Shown one piece after another: positions 39,718 through 51,338 of a stretch of DNA of 64,000 nt. Within the stretch, counting starts at the first letter, position 1. Every line of letters begins with the position of its first letter. The translations under genes and the position numbers were made by a program. The notes under the pieces are model-generated. The model was not told the DNA's origin. It ran no database searches and worked only from the letters and a program-made list of their open reading frames with translations. Origin of the DNA: Moniliella sp. 'wahieum' (taxonomy: Eukaryota); NCBI GenBank assembly GCA_003971905.1, contig RSEE01000015.1, positions 744,001 to 808,000 on the forward strand, in the 5' to 3' direction.

Positions 39718-42700
39718 ATGCCTGCTGCGGGCACGCGCCCCCGCCCCCGCCACCGAACACCCCACCCCCGACACCTTCTCCCACACCGACGACGACCACG
39801 ACCAACACGACCAACACGACCCCGACCACGAGCCCTCCACCGACGACGACGGCCAGCACGTCCCACGCCGCCCCGTTCGCCGCCGCGTCCGCATCCCCAA
39901 GTCGTGTCTGCCCTGCCTCTCCGCCAAGCGCAAGTGCGACCGCGTCCAGCCCCAGTGCTCGCGCTGCGCCGCCCACCCCAACCTCATGTGCGAGTACGAC
40001 CCCCGCCTCGGCACCCGCCCCGCCTCCCGCCGCCGCGCCGCGCCCCCCGCCACTGCCCCCGCCCCCGCCCCCCCTCCGCCGCGCCCGTGCCGCTCCCCAT
40101 CCCCATCCCCACCCCCGAGGGCCTGCCGCTCCTGCACCCCGCCGTCCAACACTCGTCCCATGCCGCCACCTTTGCTGCCGCGTCCGCCGCGGTGGCGGCC
40201 ACGCGCCCGCTCCGGTGCCCGTGTTTGCGTCGGCTCCCACGCCGACACCGCCTCTGCCCTCGGTCGCAGCCACAGGATCGCGCGGCCACCACCGTTCGCA
40301 TCCTCATCCTGGTGCGGCCGTCAGCCACACCCACTCGCGTCGCCACCGCCGCGCCGCCTCGCCCACGGCCAACTCGCTGCCGGGCGTGGAAGGGAACCGG
40401 GACTGGCCTCCACGCGCACCCTGGGGCGCCCCTGTTCCCCGCCCCCCCTTTGTGTCGGATGCTGGGCCCACCCCACAACGACAGTACCCGTCGCCACCCG
40501 ACTTGCACCGCCAAAAACGGCCCCGGCTCGACGACCGAGCAACTACGTACGTATCCAATTCCTCCTTTCCCTCCGCCGCACCCTTGGGCGCAGGCTTGGG
40601 GCAGGTACACTGACGCTTTCACCCCCCGTCCAGGGAGAGCTGGCGCTCCCGCGGCATGCCACCCATGGACAGAGGCCACTATGCCCCGCCCCCCGCCTAC
40701 GCCTTGGGCTCTGCCGACAGCAAAGACAGTCTCGCCATTGCTGTCGAGGCGCTTTCGACGTTGGGGCAGGACGCCGGCTCGCCCCATTCGCCGCTCGCTC
40801 CTCGGCCCCACTTGGCGTATGATGACGACCGTTCCCGCTCTGCTGCGCCGCTGAGTACGACGACCAGCCCCCGTGGCCATTCCATCCGCCACATGGGTCC
40901 GCCCTATCACCGCGGGGACCGTGGTCGTACCACTCCTGCCACCGCTACCGCCCACAATGTGACCAATGTCAATGGCGCCGGTATGTATTACGTATCCTCC
41001 ATCAGCATGAACGACGTGGCGGACAAGGCTGTGGACCGCGAGCGTCGGGCTGTCGCGCAGGCCCGAGCAGGTGACCGTGTGGGCATGGATGCAGGAGTGC
41101 CCGATACGCAGGGCTGGCCCAGCACGATCACGCGTGGCGCTCCGCCTTCTGGTACAATGCCTTCCTTCCGGTTCGATGCCACGGCGGACGCGCGCTCGTC
41201 TCACTCGGAAAGCGATGCCGGCGTTAGTGTGGCAGGTACGGTTGGAGGCGGCTCCGTCAATGGCATCGCAACCGGCACTGGGACTGGCGAGCTGCAGTCA
41301 GCCGGAAACAACAACACCATGTCGGGGCGATCGCAGCTGCGTCGCAACTTGCGTGACGCCATGGACGGATTCCTGTTCAACGAGAATGATTCCTACCCTT
41401 TCTCGACGATCTGGTCGTCAGACCCGGAGGTGTTCCGCCACGAGGTCAGCTCTCTGTGGGAACAGACGGAGGAGTTGACCGATGACCTCAACTCGTTTTC
41501 GCAATTCTTTGCGCCCAAGTGGCCCGGCTTGGCAGGTCCCTCGCTCTTGCGTGGGGTTCAGACCTTTATCGACTTGCCCTCTGAGGAGAAGCGCAAGGTG
41601 GCCTTGCCTGACATGGCGCTCTACCTTATGGTATTTGCCCTGGGCCGCAACGGGAACTTGGAATCACCCAAAATTGGTGCTTTTCAGGGCTACTGGCCGC
41701 CGAACCAGCGGGCCTCTCAACCTAGCAGCAGGGAGATTAGTGGCGACGCTACCGCCGTCGGTCCCGACGCTGACCCGTCCGCCTCAACCGAGTGGGCCGC
41801 CAGTTCGGGCAACCAAACTGCCCGTGGTACTTTGGGCCCTGATATGAATGCCAACGCGAGTGGATTGGAGGCCGTGCGCACTCGTTCTCCCTACTTTGTC
41901 ACCGACCGCTTCCTCAGCGCCACCTATCAAGCTCTGCGTCTCTGCTCCTTCCTCTCCGCTCCTACGTTGCAGACGATCCATGCCCAGTTGTTGGTGGGAC
42001 TCTATCTACGTAACACGGACCGTACAGCTTCCTTCTGGCCTTTGCTCGGCTCCATCACACGGCAAGCTCAGGCCATTGGCTTACATATTGACCCTGTTCG
42101 CCTCCGCCCGCAACCGACCCAACTCGACGCAGTCAACCGTCGCACGCTGTGGGGGCCATCGTACTGCAGGACGCCCAACTGTCGGCGATTTATGGCCGTC
42201 CACTGGCCATTGCTTGGTTCACCACCCGGATGACCACCCCTCCCGGGGGCACTTCCACTCCCCCCAACTATCCAGCAGGTGGCCCTCCTCGGCGGCCGCG
42301 GCTGTCTCCTTGATGCCGCCGTCGTCCGAGGGGCCACCAACGACGTACCACGAGGCCCAATGTGGCCTTGCGATGCTCATGCGCCAACGACTGCTTGACC
42401 CAAGCCAAGCGATCGACTGGGACGTGGCCCAGTTGGCGCAATGGACCAAGGACGGTCTGTCGTGGTACCTCACCCTCCCGCCGGCCCTCCGCCTCGACAT
42501 TACCGACACGTCCCAACTGCACGACGCCATTTCACCCACCCGCTTGGCTGGTCAAGGAGGTAGCTGCTGCCGGAGGACGGGAATGGTCCAACTCATCGGC
42601 GTACCGTGGCTTGAAAGACATCCAACAAGCGTGTGACTTGGCGATGGATGTATTTGCCGTGCTGATGTTTACCCACCGCGGCCACCTGGCGCGGGAACGC

Positions 42701-43890
42701 TCCTTGGCGGAACAACGCGCGCGCCAGCCCACTGGGGACGGCAAGACCAAGGGGAAACGACGTGCATCCTCCTCGACTTTGGCTGCGGCGCCAGCGGACG
42801 AGAAGTTGGACGAGAGGGAAGCGTGGCTGCGCAGCCCCAAGGCTGTATGCACACTAAGCATTGCCGTCATGCGTTCGGCGCTGCACCTGATGAACGCCCA
42901 CTTGGGCCACTTGCGTTCATTTTCCATGTGGCGCACGCTCTACCTGTGTTTCCATGCCGGCGTGACCGCCGCGTTCATCACGCTTCTCTGGCCAACCGAC
43001 CCGGTCGCCCAGCACAACCTCATCTCCATCAACGATCTGTGTAGCGCCGTGGATAAGGCGCCGACGCGATGGAAGGAGTTGCCCAAGATGCGACACGCAC
43101 TCCGCGTCTTGGCCAGCTTGACCGCCACACAGGTCGAATCGGCACAGCGCGGCCTTGCCGCTCGTTCGCCTTCGCCGGTGGCCACCATGGCCGGCACGTC
43201 AGAGGAAAGTACGGCACCGGTATCTGTGCCTGTGCCTGCGCCTGCCTGTGCCTGGACCTGGGCCTGCGCCGGAAGTAGGATTGGTCCCTGCGCCTGCACC
43301 GGTTCAGACAGATTCTGCGCCATCTGGGGTGTTGGACTTGGGGTTGCCACTCATGCCGCTGAATACGGTACCTGTGCCGTCGGTTGGGATGCCTGTGCCG
43401 GACTTTGCCTTGGGCGGGGACATTGCTGCTGCGACGGCAGCGGCGCTGGGCAGCAACCTGGGCCCCCTGTTGGAAGGGTACTGTGGCCAAGCACCGTTCT
43501 GGCCCCACGCACTTACTTCATCTACCCCCCAGGCCGGCAGTGCGTACGAGCCGTTGGAGCGGCTCACTCGCCTCGGCGCACTCAACGCCAACGACCTCTC
43601 CGCGCCGGACTCGTCGCAGCCAACGTCGGAAAGTGTCGCGTGGTGGTCCAACATGCTCGGCTTTGACTTTTCCGCGCCCGTTCCCGTCGCACCGGCGGCA
43701 CCGGTGCCGGCATCGATGGGCTCGGCCCCGGGCCCTGGCGGATCGCCAACAGGTATGCCAGCTTGTCTCTCGGGCCTTTCGCTGGCGTTACCTACCACTT
43801 CGCCTTCGGCCTTGCCGGCCTCCAACAGCGCCCCGGGCTCGGCCCCACCGACCCACAAGCCCGAGGACAGCAGTTGGTCTCGGCCTAGGC
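39718..43890 (+). CDS. Zn(II)2Cys6 fungal transcription factor with middle homology (Fungal_trans-like) region; 3' end approximate
   Basis: SCLPCLSAKRKCDRVQPQCSRCAAHPNLMCEYD at about 39902-40000; TLQTIHAQLLVGLYL...AQAIGLHIDP...RRTLW downstream. Confidence 0.88.
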
Positions 43891-43925
43891 TAGGCTTTGC
43901 TATGACTCGGTTCCCTGCCAGCGCT

Positions 43926-43960
43926 ATCTACTGCTACTACTACTACTACTACTATACTAT
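43926..43960. repeat. (CTA)n microsatellite between convergent 3' ends
   Basis: ctactgctactactactactactactatactat. Confidence 0.85.
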
Positions 43961-44196
43961 ATCGCTGTCGCTACCGCCCTATCGCCTACCGCCGCTACTG
44001 CTACCGCTATTGCTCTCCAAAAAAGCACGTTTTGTGCTTGAGTTTGGACGTGTCCTCCGACTCGTCAAGATCGCTATCTATACTGGCACTGAGCAGCGGT
44101 CAGAGCAGAGGAGGAGGATCTACTGATTATACCATGTGCGCACCTCATCCAGCCGAACAGGAGAAGGATGGAATGGACAACGTAGTTCGTTGGTGC

Positions 44197-47100
44197 TTAG
44201 GCTGATGGCGCCTTGCCCTGGTTGTAGAAGACAAACGAAGGCCGTCCTGGCTCGGCCAGCTCGAGGGTCTTGCGGTCGGGGAAGGCGCTGGCGTCCTTGG
44301 GCGCGGGGGCAACGCGGCAATCAGGTCATCAGCCGACTCGACGGTGACCTGGGCAAATTGCATGGTGCGAGCGAGATAGCCACGGATGCTCTCCAGCGTC
44401 GCTGCCTCATCAAAGGGCAGGGTGCGGGTAAAGGCAGTGTTGCGGTCAAACGTCTTGAGACGCTCCTTGAGGCTCACCACAAACGGCATCACCTTTTTAT
44501 CCTTCAGCAAGCCCGCCGCCGCAAGCTCCTTGCGCAGCGCCACATCGTCCGTCACGCCCTCGGCATCGGTCCACTGGTCCACCAACGCCACCACCTTGCG
44601 CTGCCATTGGGGGAACGCCTTGGCAACAAAGATGCGCAGTTCCTTCGGTTCCTTTTCCACGTACGTATCCGGCATCCAGCCCACGTTGGCATTCTTCTTG
44701 CCGCCCTTCTTGCCCGACTTGGCCGTCTGCAGCAGGGCAATCTCCTGGTCCCGGATCCGCTTGGTCGTCACGCGAGCAAACTCGGTCGCCGCACTGACGC
44801 TCTGGTCGACGGGCTTGCTGGGCTCGGGCCAGAGCGCAAACTGGATGCTGCGCGGCTGCTCCAGAATGCCGGTCCAGAGGTGCTCGGCCATATGCGGGGC
44901 AATGGGGCACATGAGCAGCGCGATGGTCTGGATCCAGTACCGGACCAGGTCAGCGTGCATCTTCATGTCCTGCGTCGCGTCGCGGTACAGGTCGCGCGCC
45001 ATGATCAACTCGTAAAACCCATCCCGCGTGGCCTCCTTGTACAGCGTCTGCTCGTAATCCGCCTTGGTCTTGACAATGGCCAGGTTGGTCTCGTTCTCAA
45101 AGCTGGCGTCCCAAAATGAGTTTTTCGGCCCCGTGCGCAGCTCCCCAGCTTTGGCGGCTTTGACCATCTCGGTCGCCCACTCGAGCAGGGTGTAGATACG
45201 AAGAATGTTCGAGTTGGCACCTTTCTCCTCCAAGTTGGCATCTTCAATGCCATCCCCAGCATCGGCCAGCGAGACGCGCATCGCATCCGCACCAAACTTC
45301 TCGACGCCATCGCGAAGAGTGAGCGAGTTGCCCTTGGATTTGGACATCTTCTCACCATTCAGCAACAGGTGGCCGTTGGCCCGGATCGCCTGGGGCCAGT
45401 GCTCTTCGCCAAAGAGAGCAGTGTGGTTGTAAATGCAAAACGTCAGATGGTTGGGAATCAGGTCCTTGCCACTGGTACGCAGATCCATCGGGTAAAAGTA
45501 GCGGAACTCGCGACGAAGAATGTCCAGCTTTTCCTGCGACACGGCCGTTTGCTTCGTCTCGGCGTAGGTGATAGTGCCGAAAATGTACTCCCATACAGGG
45601 TCCGTCATTTGCTACAGTAATCCCAAGCAGACCGGGCTGAGAACCCTTGATGCCCCCGCCCTGAATCAGGTGGGCGACCGTGTAGTACGCCATGTAGATG
45701 GTTGAGTCGGACAGCGATTCCACAAGGAAGTTGTCGTCCAAGGAAGCTTGGTACCCACCCGTACCCACGTGCACACGCCCACTGGTGCAGCCAGCCAATC
45801 ACAGCCTCAAACGCGTTCTTGACGTCGGCAGTGTACGTGTTGAGCTGCTCACCTCCTTGAGCGCCAAGCCTGCCAACTTCTCGCCATAGTCGAGGGGGTA
45901 CCATTGGTCCATCAGCGCCACCACACATTCGTCTCCCGAGCGTGACACCACCCGACCTTCCGGTTCAGCATAGGCAAACGCCAGACCAGCACGGATCATC
46001 TCGTCGCGTACTTTTGGCTTGGCAGTCTGGACATCCTCCCCAGCAAACTCACCAACAATGAGCTTACCCGAGTAGAAGCCCTCCTTGTACGCAATCTCCT
46101 TGGCCTCGGCAAGCGCCTTGGTGTCCTTAGGGGACTGAATCTTGAGCTTTTGCACGGGTGGGAGCGACCAAGTTACCATAGTTGGGTGTCTCGAGCACAG
46201 GCACAGGCTCCAGGTCCTTGACCCACGCCGGATCGATCCCATAAAACTCAGCCTTCTTCTGCAAGTCACGGAGGGTGGTGTAGTCATCGGGCGAATCCGA
46301 AGGCACCGAGGTTACCACCCCCGTACCCTTGGTGGCCAGAACCGTGTCCATAGGCAGAACACGAATCTCAGGGTACTTGGTGGCAAAGGGTGCCTTGATC
46401 AGCGAGCCCACCAGGTCCGCGCCCTTGATCGTGGCCAGCTTCTTGATCTCACCGCGTTGGGCAAAGATGCCCTGGAAGGCCATGTTGCGCGCCGCACGGT
46501 CCGTGCACACAAACACCTCTCCACCAGGACACTCAAACAGGCCATAGTCAATCTTAGGACCCACAAAGCAGTTGGTCTGGCCGTACATGGTTTCCGGACG
46601 CAGCGTCGCCGCAACAAAATAAACCTTGAGGCCCTTGGCAGTAGTGAGAGCGTCCACCTGCGGCGCCGCCTTGGCCGCCCACTGCACCACCTCCATCTTG
46701 AGGCCCGTGTACTCTTGCGGGTTGAGCGCTTCGCCCTCAGACCGGTCGTGGTCCATGCACGGCTGGTTGTCCTTGGGGGAAAAGATAGTGTAGCGTTCAC
46801 CAAACTTGATCTTGTCCATAGAGCGAAGCTTGTTAACCTGCCAGCGGACAAACGAGTCATAATACGGGTTGTAGTCGGTCGTGATGAAGGACCGACGCCA
46901 GTCGATGCGCGCACCCAGCGCATCCAGGTCTTCGTGGGCAATGGGAGGGAAATATTCCAACCAGTAGTTCGTGTCACGGAATTTGGCAATCTCTGAGCGG
47001 GGTACCCCAATACTCTCCAGGATCTGGAACTGGTACTTGAGCCCCGTCGACTTGGCGTTCAGCTTACCCTTGGTCGCCTTGGACGGGTCGCGAGCCGAAG

Positions 47101-47716
47101 GGTCCTTGGGGTCCACCACCGCAGCTTCCGCTTCGGGCTCCGGCTCGTCCTCCTTGTAGCCAGACAAGTCCTCGCCAAACATCTCAATCTCGCGAATGAG
47201 CTTGTCGGTGGCAGCCTAGGCAGACGAGAGGCGTCAGTCAGCCTCGTCGTGACGATTCGAACAAAAGCGGGGTACTTACACGAATCGGCATACCCGTGGC
47301 GTGGAAACCAAAGGGGAAGAGGGCCTTCTTTCCTAGCATGCGCTCGAAGCCAGTAGCGAACTCGAGCTTTGGAAAGAGAAAGGCGTGGCCCATATGGAGA
47401 GAGCCGTTCATGTACGGGTAAGGGAAGGTGCCAAGCCACTTGGGGTAGTGCTGGCGGATCTCCTCGGGGCTCAGATGGGCGATCTGGTCGGCAGAGAGCG
47501 AGGGCTCACCAGGCGCACGGGGTGTGTTTTCGTCAGGGTCTGCTGCATGGGCGAGTTGACCTCAAAAGCGCGCTCGGCAGCCCACATGGCCTGGTACTTC
47601 TTCTGCAGGCCCACCAGGTAGTCGCGTTTGGTTGTGTTCTCCAGCTGGATGGGCCCGCTGGTCGCAGCGGGGACGGCGGCGCCGACGCCGGCGGTTTGGG
47701 CAGGAGGAGGTGCCAT
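44197..47716 (-). CDS. CDC60: Cytosolic leucyl-tRNA synthetase
   Basis: [11 protein letters not shown] (HIGH-like), editing-domain [13 protein letters not shown] and [39 protein letters not shown] and [10 protein letters not shown] (KMSKS); intron 47279-47216; frameshifts. Confidence 0.97.
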
Positions 47717-47943
47717 GGTGGCAGAGTCCAGGGTGGGATGGGTGGTGGTCGAGAGGGGGCCGAGAGCGGGTGTGGGCGCGAGAGGCCAAGGGCGCGGCTT
47801 GGAAGGCCGGCGAAAAAATTCCGGTGGTCAACGCAGCACCTGATCGCGCCACACTGGCTCCGTGCTGGCGGCGGAGCGGCTGGGCAGCGCGCTGCTGCTG
47901 AAGGCGCAGGTGTCGCTTCGATTCTCCGAGCGCCGAGTCATCA

Positions 47944-49221
47944 TCAGCAGACAGCTCGGGCTCGACCTGCTCTCCGCTTCGCATCCACACGCGCACGGCT
48001 GTCTACCTCCTTTCCTCTCTCCCTGTCCCATGCGCCTACCTCTATCAACGTATTTGCTTTGGATTTGATCATGCAAAATAGGGTAGTAGTTGGATGACTT
48101 GGTACAAAACATGTGAAAACGATTAAGATGGGCTCATAAACATTACCCGGAGCTCGCACCTGAGTCCGACCGGGCACCTGGGTCTTCGGCAGGGGATCAT
48201 CCGGCCCAGCCACCTCCCAGCGGCTGCGCCGGGCCTCTCGCGCTTTGAGGGTTTCCTCGCGCTTGCGCGCCATCTTCTCCAGCAGTCGGGTTGCCGAGTT
48301 GAACAGTCCATGGGTCTGGGCACCACAGGCAAAGCACTTGCCCGTCTTGGAGTAGCGCTTAATCGCACATGCCGAGCAAAAGTAGTGCCCGCATTGGGTC
48401 ATAACCGGATCCGTAAATGGTTTTCGGCAGATCAGACAGGCGAAAGGGATGTCGTCCCCATCATCCTCGGGTTCCTCTTCCGAGTCAGCCTCAGCCTGGC
48501 GAGCAGAAGAGTTGGCGAGCGTATCGAGTTGCCACCCGGCCAGATAATCCGAACGATCATGTAGGAACTTGCAAGTGTCCCCAAAGCCACAGTAGCCCGT
48601 CTCCTTGTAGTCTTTGCACACGTCAGGCTGATAGTCAACAGTGGTGACAGTGCGAATGTGCTGGCTACCACGAATGGGACCCTTGGCGGCAGCGGCGGTA
48701 AACTTGCTCGACTGGCCAGAGTCTCGCGTAGGAAGGAAAGAGGAATAGTTCTTTGCACCCCGGTATATGCCATCCTCGTTGGTCTGGGTCCCTGGTGTGG
48801 AAGAAGCGGAAGGGTCGATCACTTGGGCGTCTGTGTCGACACCCTCCAACAGACCATCGATGCCACGTTTGCGTTTGCCCATGCCAGCAATGCCAGATGT
48901 GCCCACCTCATGCGCCGTTTCACCGAAACGGTCAACCCAGTCATTGTCATCTTCATCGTCATCCGATGCGTCGCTAGTGGGGCGCAACCTGGGGCCGCCC
49001 GTGGAGGCAGTCTGTCCCGTCGCTCGCCGAGTCGAAGATTTCTTTTTCTTAGCCACAATCGCTGAAACGCCAAGACTGTCGTGCTCAGCGTCGCTGTCAG
49101 ACTCAGGCGGGTGCAGAGCAGACACGCGAAGAGCATGGACGGGTTCATCTCCTCCCGAGACAGCTGCTGCTGGGGTAGCGGCGGTCCTTGGGCGCTTTCG
49201 CTTGAAGAGAGCAGCTCCCAT
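47944..49221 (-). CDS. CWC24: Pre-mRNA splicing factor Cwc24 (RNF113A; CCCH finger + RING); true stop may lie nearer 48.1 kb
   Basis: DYQPDVCKDYKETGYCGFGDTCKFLHDRSDY..GW and IPFACLICRKPF..PV.T.CGHYFCS.CA...CFACG. Confidence 0.93.
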   Translation of the reverse strand: MGAALFKRKRPRTAATPAAAVSGGDEPVHALRVSALHPPESDSDAEHDSLGVSAIVAKKKKSSTRRATGQTASTGGPRLRPTSDASDDDEDDNDWVDRFGETAHEVGTSGIAGMGKRKRGIDGLLEGVDTDAQVIDPSASSTPGTQTNEDGIYRGAKNYSSFLPTRDSGQSSKFTAAAAKGPIRGSQHIRTVTTVDYQPDVCKDYKETGYCGFGDTCKFLHDRSDYLAGWQLDTLANSSARQAEADSEEEPEDDGDDIPFACLICRKPFTDPVMTQCGHYFCSACAIKRYSKTGKCFACGAQTHGLFNSATRLLEKMARKREETLKAREARRSRWEVAGPDDPLPKTQVPGRTQVRAPGNVYEPILIVFTCFVPSHPTTTLFCMIKSKANTLIEVGAWDRERGKEVDSRARVDAKRRAGRARAVC

Positions 49222-49632
49222 ATTGGAGAGAAGTGGTGGTAACTGCGATGGTGGCGATGGTGGTGGCGTACGACAAATGCATCCAGTGCATGCGCGCAAA
49301 AGGTTATGAGCGACTGTTATTCCGCGGCGTTCGACGGTTGCCGGTTGCTCCTCGTCAATTCAATCACGTGACTCACTGCGGAGGGCGGAATTGTGTGCAG
49401 TGATCACCGATCGAGCCCGATCATGCATGCAATAACCAAGCTTCGCGCTTCCCGTGGCAGCTGAAGCCAGTGTATTGGAAGAGGCAGCGCAGTCTGGACG
49501 AATGGAAGCGGCGGGCCGATGGGAGGCGCAAAGAGCTGCCAGCGTGTCCACATGCGAGAGAAACAGAGAGACGCACATGTGCTGGCGAAGGGCACGGCCT
49601 CCAGTGCGTTCCACGTGCGCCCCGACAAGCGT

Positions 49633-49872
49633 TGTTGACTGTGATCCTCTGGCTCCCAGTCGGTAGACCAGGTTCGCCTCGGTTCCATCGGCTTCCACGC
49701 TGACGTCCCTGCGTGTCACTGTCCCTGTGCCCTGCACTCTCTCCTGTGTGACTCACTGTCCCTGTGCCTAGTCCAGCCTCCTATATAGATGCCTCTGTAC
49801 CCAGACCCAACTCTGGCTCCAATCCATCACCTTCTCCTCATCCTTCTGCCCGTCCGGCTCCCTAGGCCAACA
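49633..49872 (+). repeat. 5' LTR (240 bp)
   Basis: tgttgactgtgatcctctgg...ccctaggccaaca; contains TATA-like CTATATAG and a duplicated tcactgtccctgtgcc. Confidence 0.93.
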
Positions 49873-49994
49873 GAGCTACAATCTGATCCCCCCGGAAGGG
49901 GAGCGCTCTTCAAGCAAGCCCACCCCCAAGCCTACAAGCCCAAGCTAAGCCGCCAAGCCCACAAGACACACCCGTCCTCCCGCCCAACAACACC

Positions 49995-50074
49995 ACCGCC
50001 ACAATCGGCACCTTACCGCCACAATCGGCATACTACCGCCACAATCGGCATACTACCGCCACAATCGGCACACT
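49995..50074 (+). repeat. 20-bp minisatellite, 4 copies, inside the retroelement
   Basis: accgccacaatcggca followed by cctt, tact, tact and cact. Confidence 0.92.
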
Positions 50075-50788
50075 CGTCCCCCACAGATGGGGCAATGATT
50101 TTAGGGACAACACACGACGGAACAAAACGTGTCGGGTATCGTCAACGAGACGAAATTCCTCCAACGACAAAACGGCGCAGGCGAATCGCAGAAAGCGGGG
50201 GTGGCTGCTCATCAAGTGCCCCACCCACGGCTACACGCCCCGGATTGCCAATTCATCCGGGGCACCTGGGGAAAGGATGGGGGGGGGTGGTCACCCAACT
50301 TCTTCCACTCCTCTTTTTCAACAACAAAGAGAACCCAAACAGATCAGACGGTTGACGCATAGCGCCCGTTCATTTCCCATGCCCAATGGACCCCACTGGC
50401 ACCAGGCATGCGGAACCAAACAACTACCAAACGCATCCAATTTTGATGCCAAACGACCTTGGACCGCATTTACTCCAAGTTTCCAATTTTCTTTCACTAC
50501 ACCTATAACTGGTGCTTTTTACTTTTGCCCACCAAATCGCTTCGGGGCGCAACCCCTACTACTTTACTCTAAGACTTCTACAAGCATCTGGCGGTCGCAC
50601 AATACACCAACCACAAGCGCTCGGCTCGTTCAGGTGTCATCCTGGACAGCGGGGGTGTAGGCCAGTCGTGTGGCCATGCACAACTCCAGGCCATTCGTCC
50701 CGGTTGCCACTCAAGTCCTCCCCTCTCTACATCCACTGGCAGGAGCTCATCCCACAACCGATGTCTCGGGTTCCCTGGCCAGCGGGGG

Positions 50789-51023
50789 TGTTGACTGTGA
50801 TCCTCTGGCTCCCAGTCGGTAGACCAGGTTCGCCTCGGTTCCATCGGCTTCCACGCTGACGTCCCTGCGTGTCACTGTCCCTGTGCCCTGCACTCTCCTG
50901 TGTGACTCACTGTCCCTGTGCCTAGTCCAGCCTCCTATATAGATGCCTCTGTACCCAGACCCAACTCTGGCTCCAATCCATCACCTTCTCATCCTTCTGC
51001 CCGTCCGGCTCCCTAGGCCAACA
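50789..51023 (+). repeat. 3' LTR (235 bp)
   Basis: Matches the 5' LTR by eye except for a 2-bp and a 3-bp deletion in CT-rich runs. Confidence 0.93.
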
Positions 51024-51338
51024 AGCGTCGTTCGGAGCACACATCCGGATGAGGGCATTTATAAGGGCGGCCTTTGGATCGCCCGAATTGGAATGGGCTA
51101 GCCCGCCGGTGTCTCACACACGCATCCGTCGGGCCACCGCACGCCGCCTGCCTCTCCGGCACTCGGCCCCTCCCTTCCCATGCCTTCCGTGGCTTCCACA
51201 CCTTCCCTCTCGTGCCCACCCAGCCCACCTGCCGACGCGCCCACTGGCTGCCCTCCCCCTCCATCCGTCCACCTTCGTTCGTTGCAGCATGGACGTCGCC
51301 TTTGGTTTGCGCCTCATCGAGCGCCCGCGGACCTTGAC

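Larger units (their letters stand above)
49633..51023 (+). mobile_element. Non-autonomous LTR retroelement (TRIM-like or deleted Ty1/copia derivative), 1,391 bp
   Basis: Two direct repeats, each TGTTG...CAACA; identical flanking AGCGT at 49628-49632 and 51024-51028; purine tract AGCGGGGG directly before the second LTR; no intact gag/pol ORF in the 916-bp interior. Confidence 0.93.

Noticed and set aside
39718..43890. Zn2Cys6 gene as marker of a secondary-metabolite cluster
   Set aside because: Its neighbours are housekeeping genes (BRF1, LeuRS); no PKS, NRPS, tailoring enzyme or transporter is present.
44136..45119. Long antisense ORFs (here and at 15-563, 1094-1690, 31749-32795, 46142-46996, 57812-58879)
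   Set aside because: Shadows of GC-rich, codon-biased real genes on the opposite strand; no recognisable domains.
44197..47716. LeuRS (and other split genes) as pseudogenes or programmed-frameshift genes
   Set aside because: Essential genes with intact catalytic motifs and scattered single-base shifts across the whole window fit sequencing error better.
49995..50074. CRISPR-like array
   Set aside because: Only 4-bp variable parts between 16-bp repeats, a eukaryotic context and no cas genes; it is a minisatellite.
50633..50660. VILDSGG resembling a copia protease active site
   Set aside because: It lies downstream of the putative integrase relic (wrong order for copia) and overlaps the repeated PPT-like decamer; likely coincidence.
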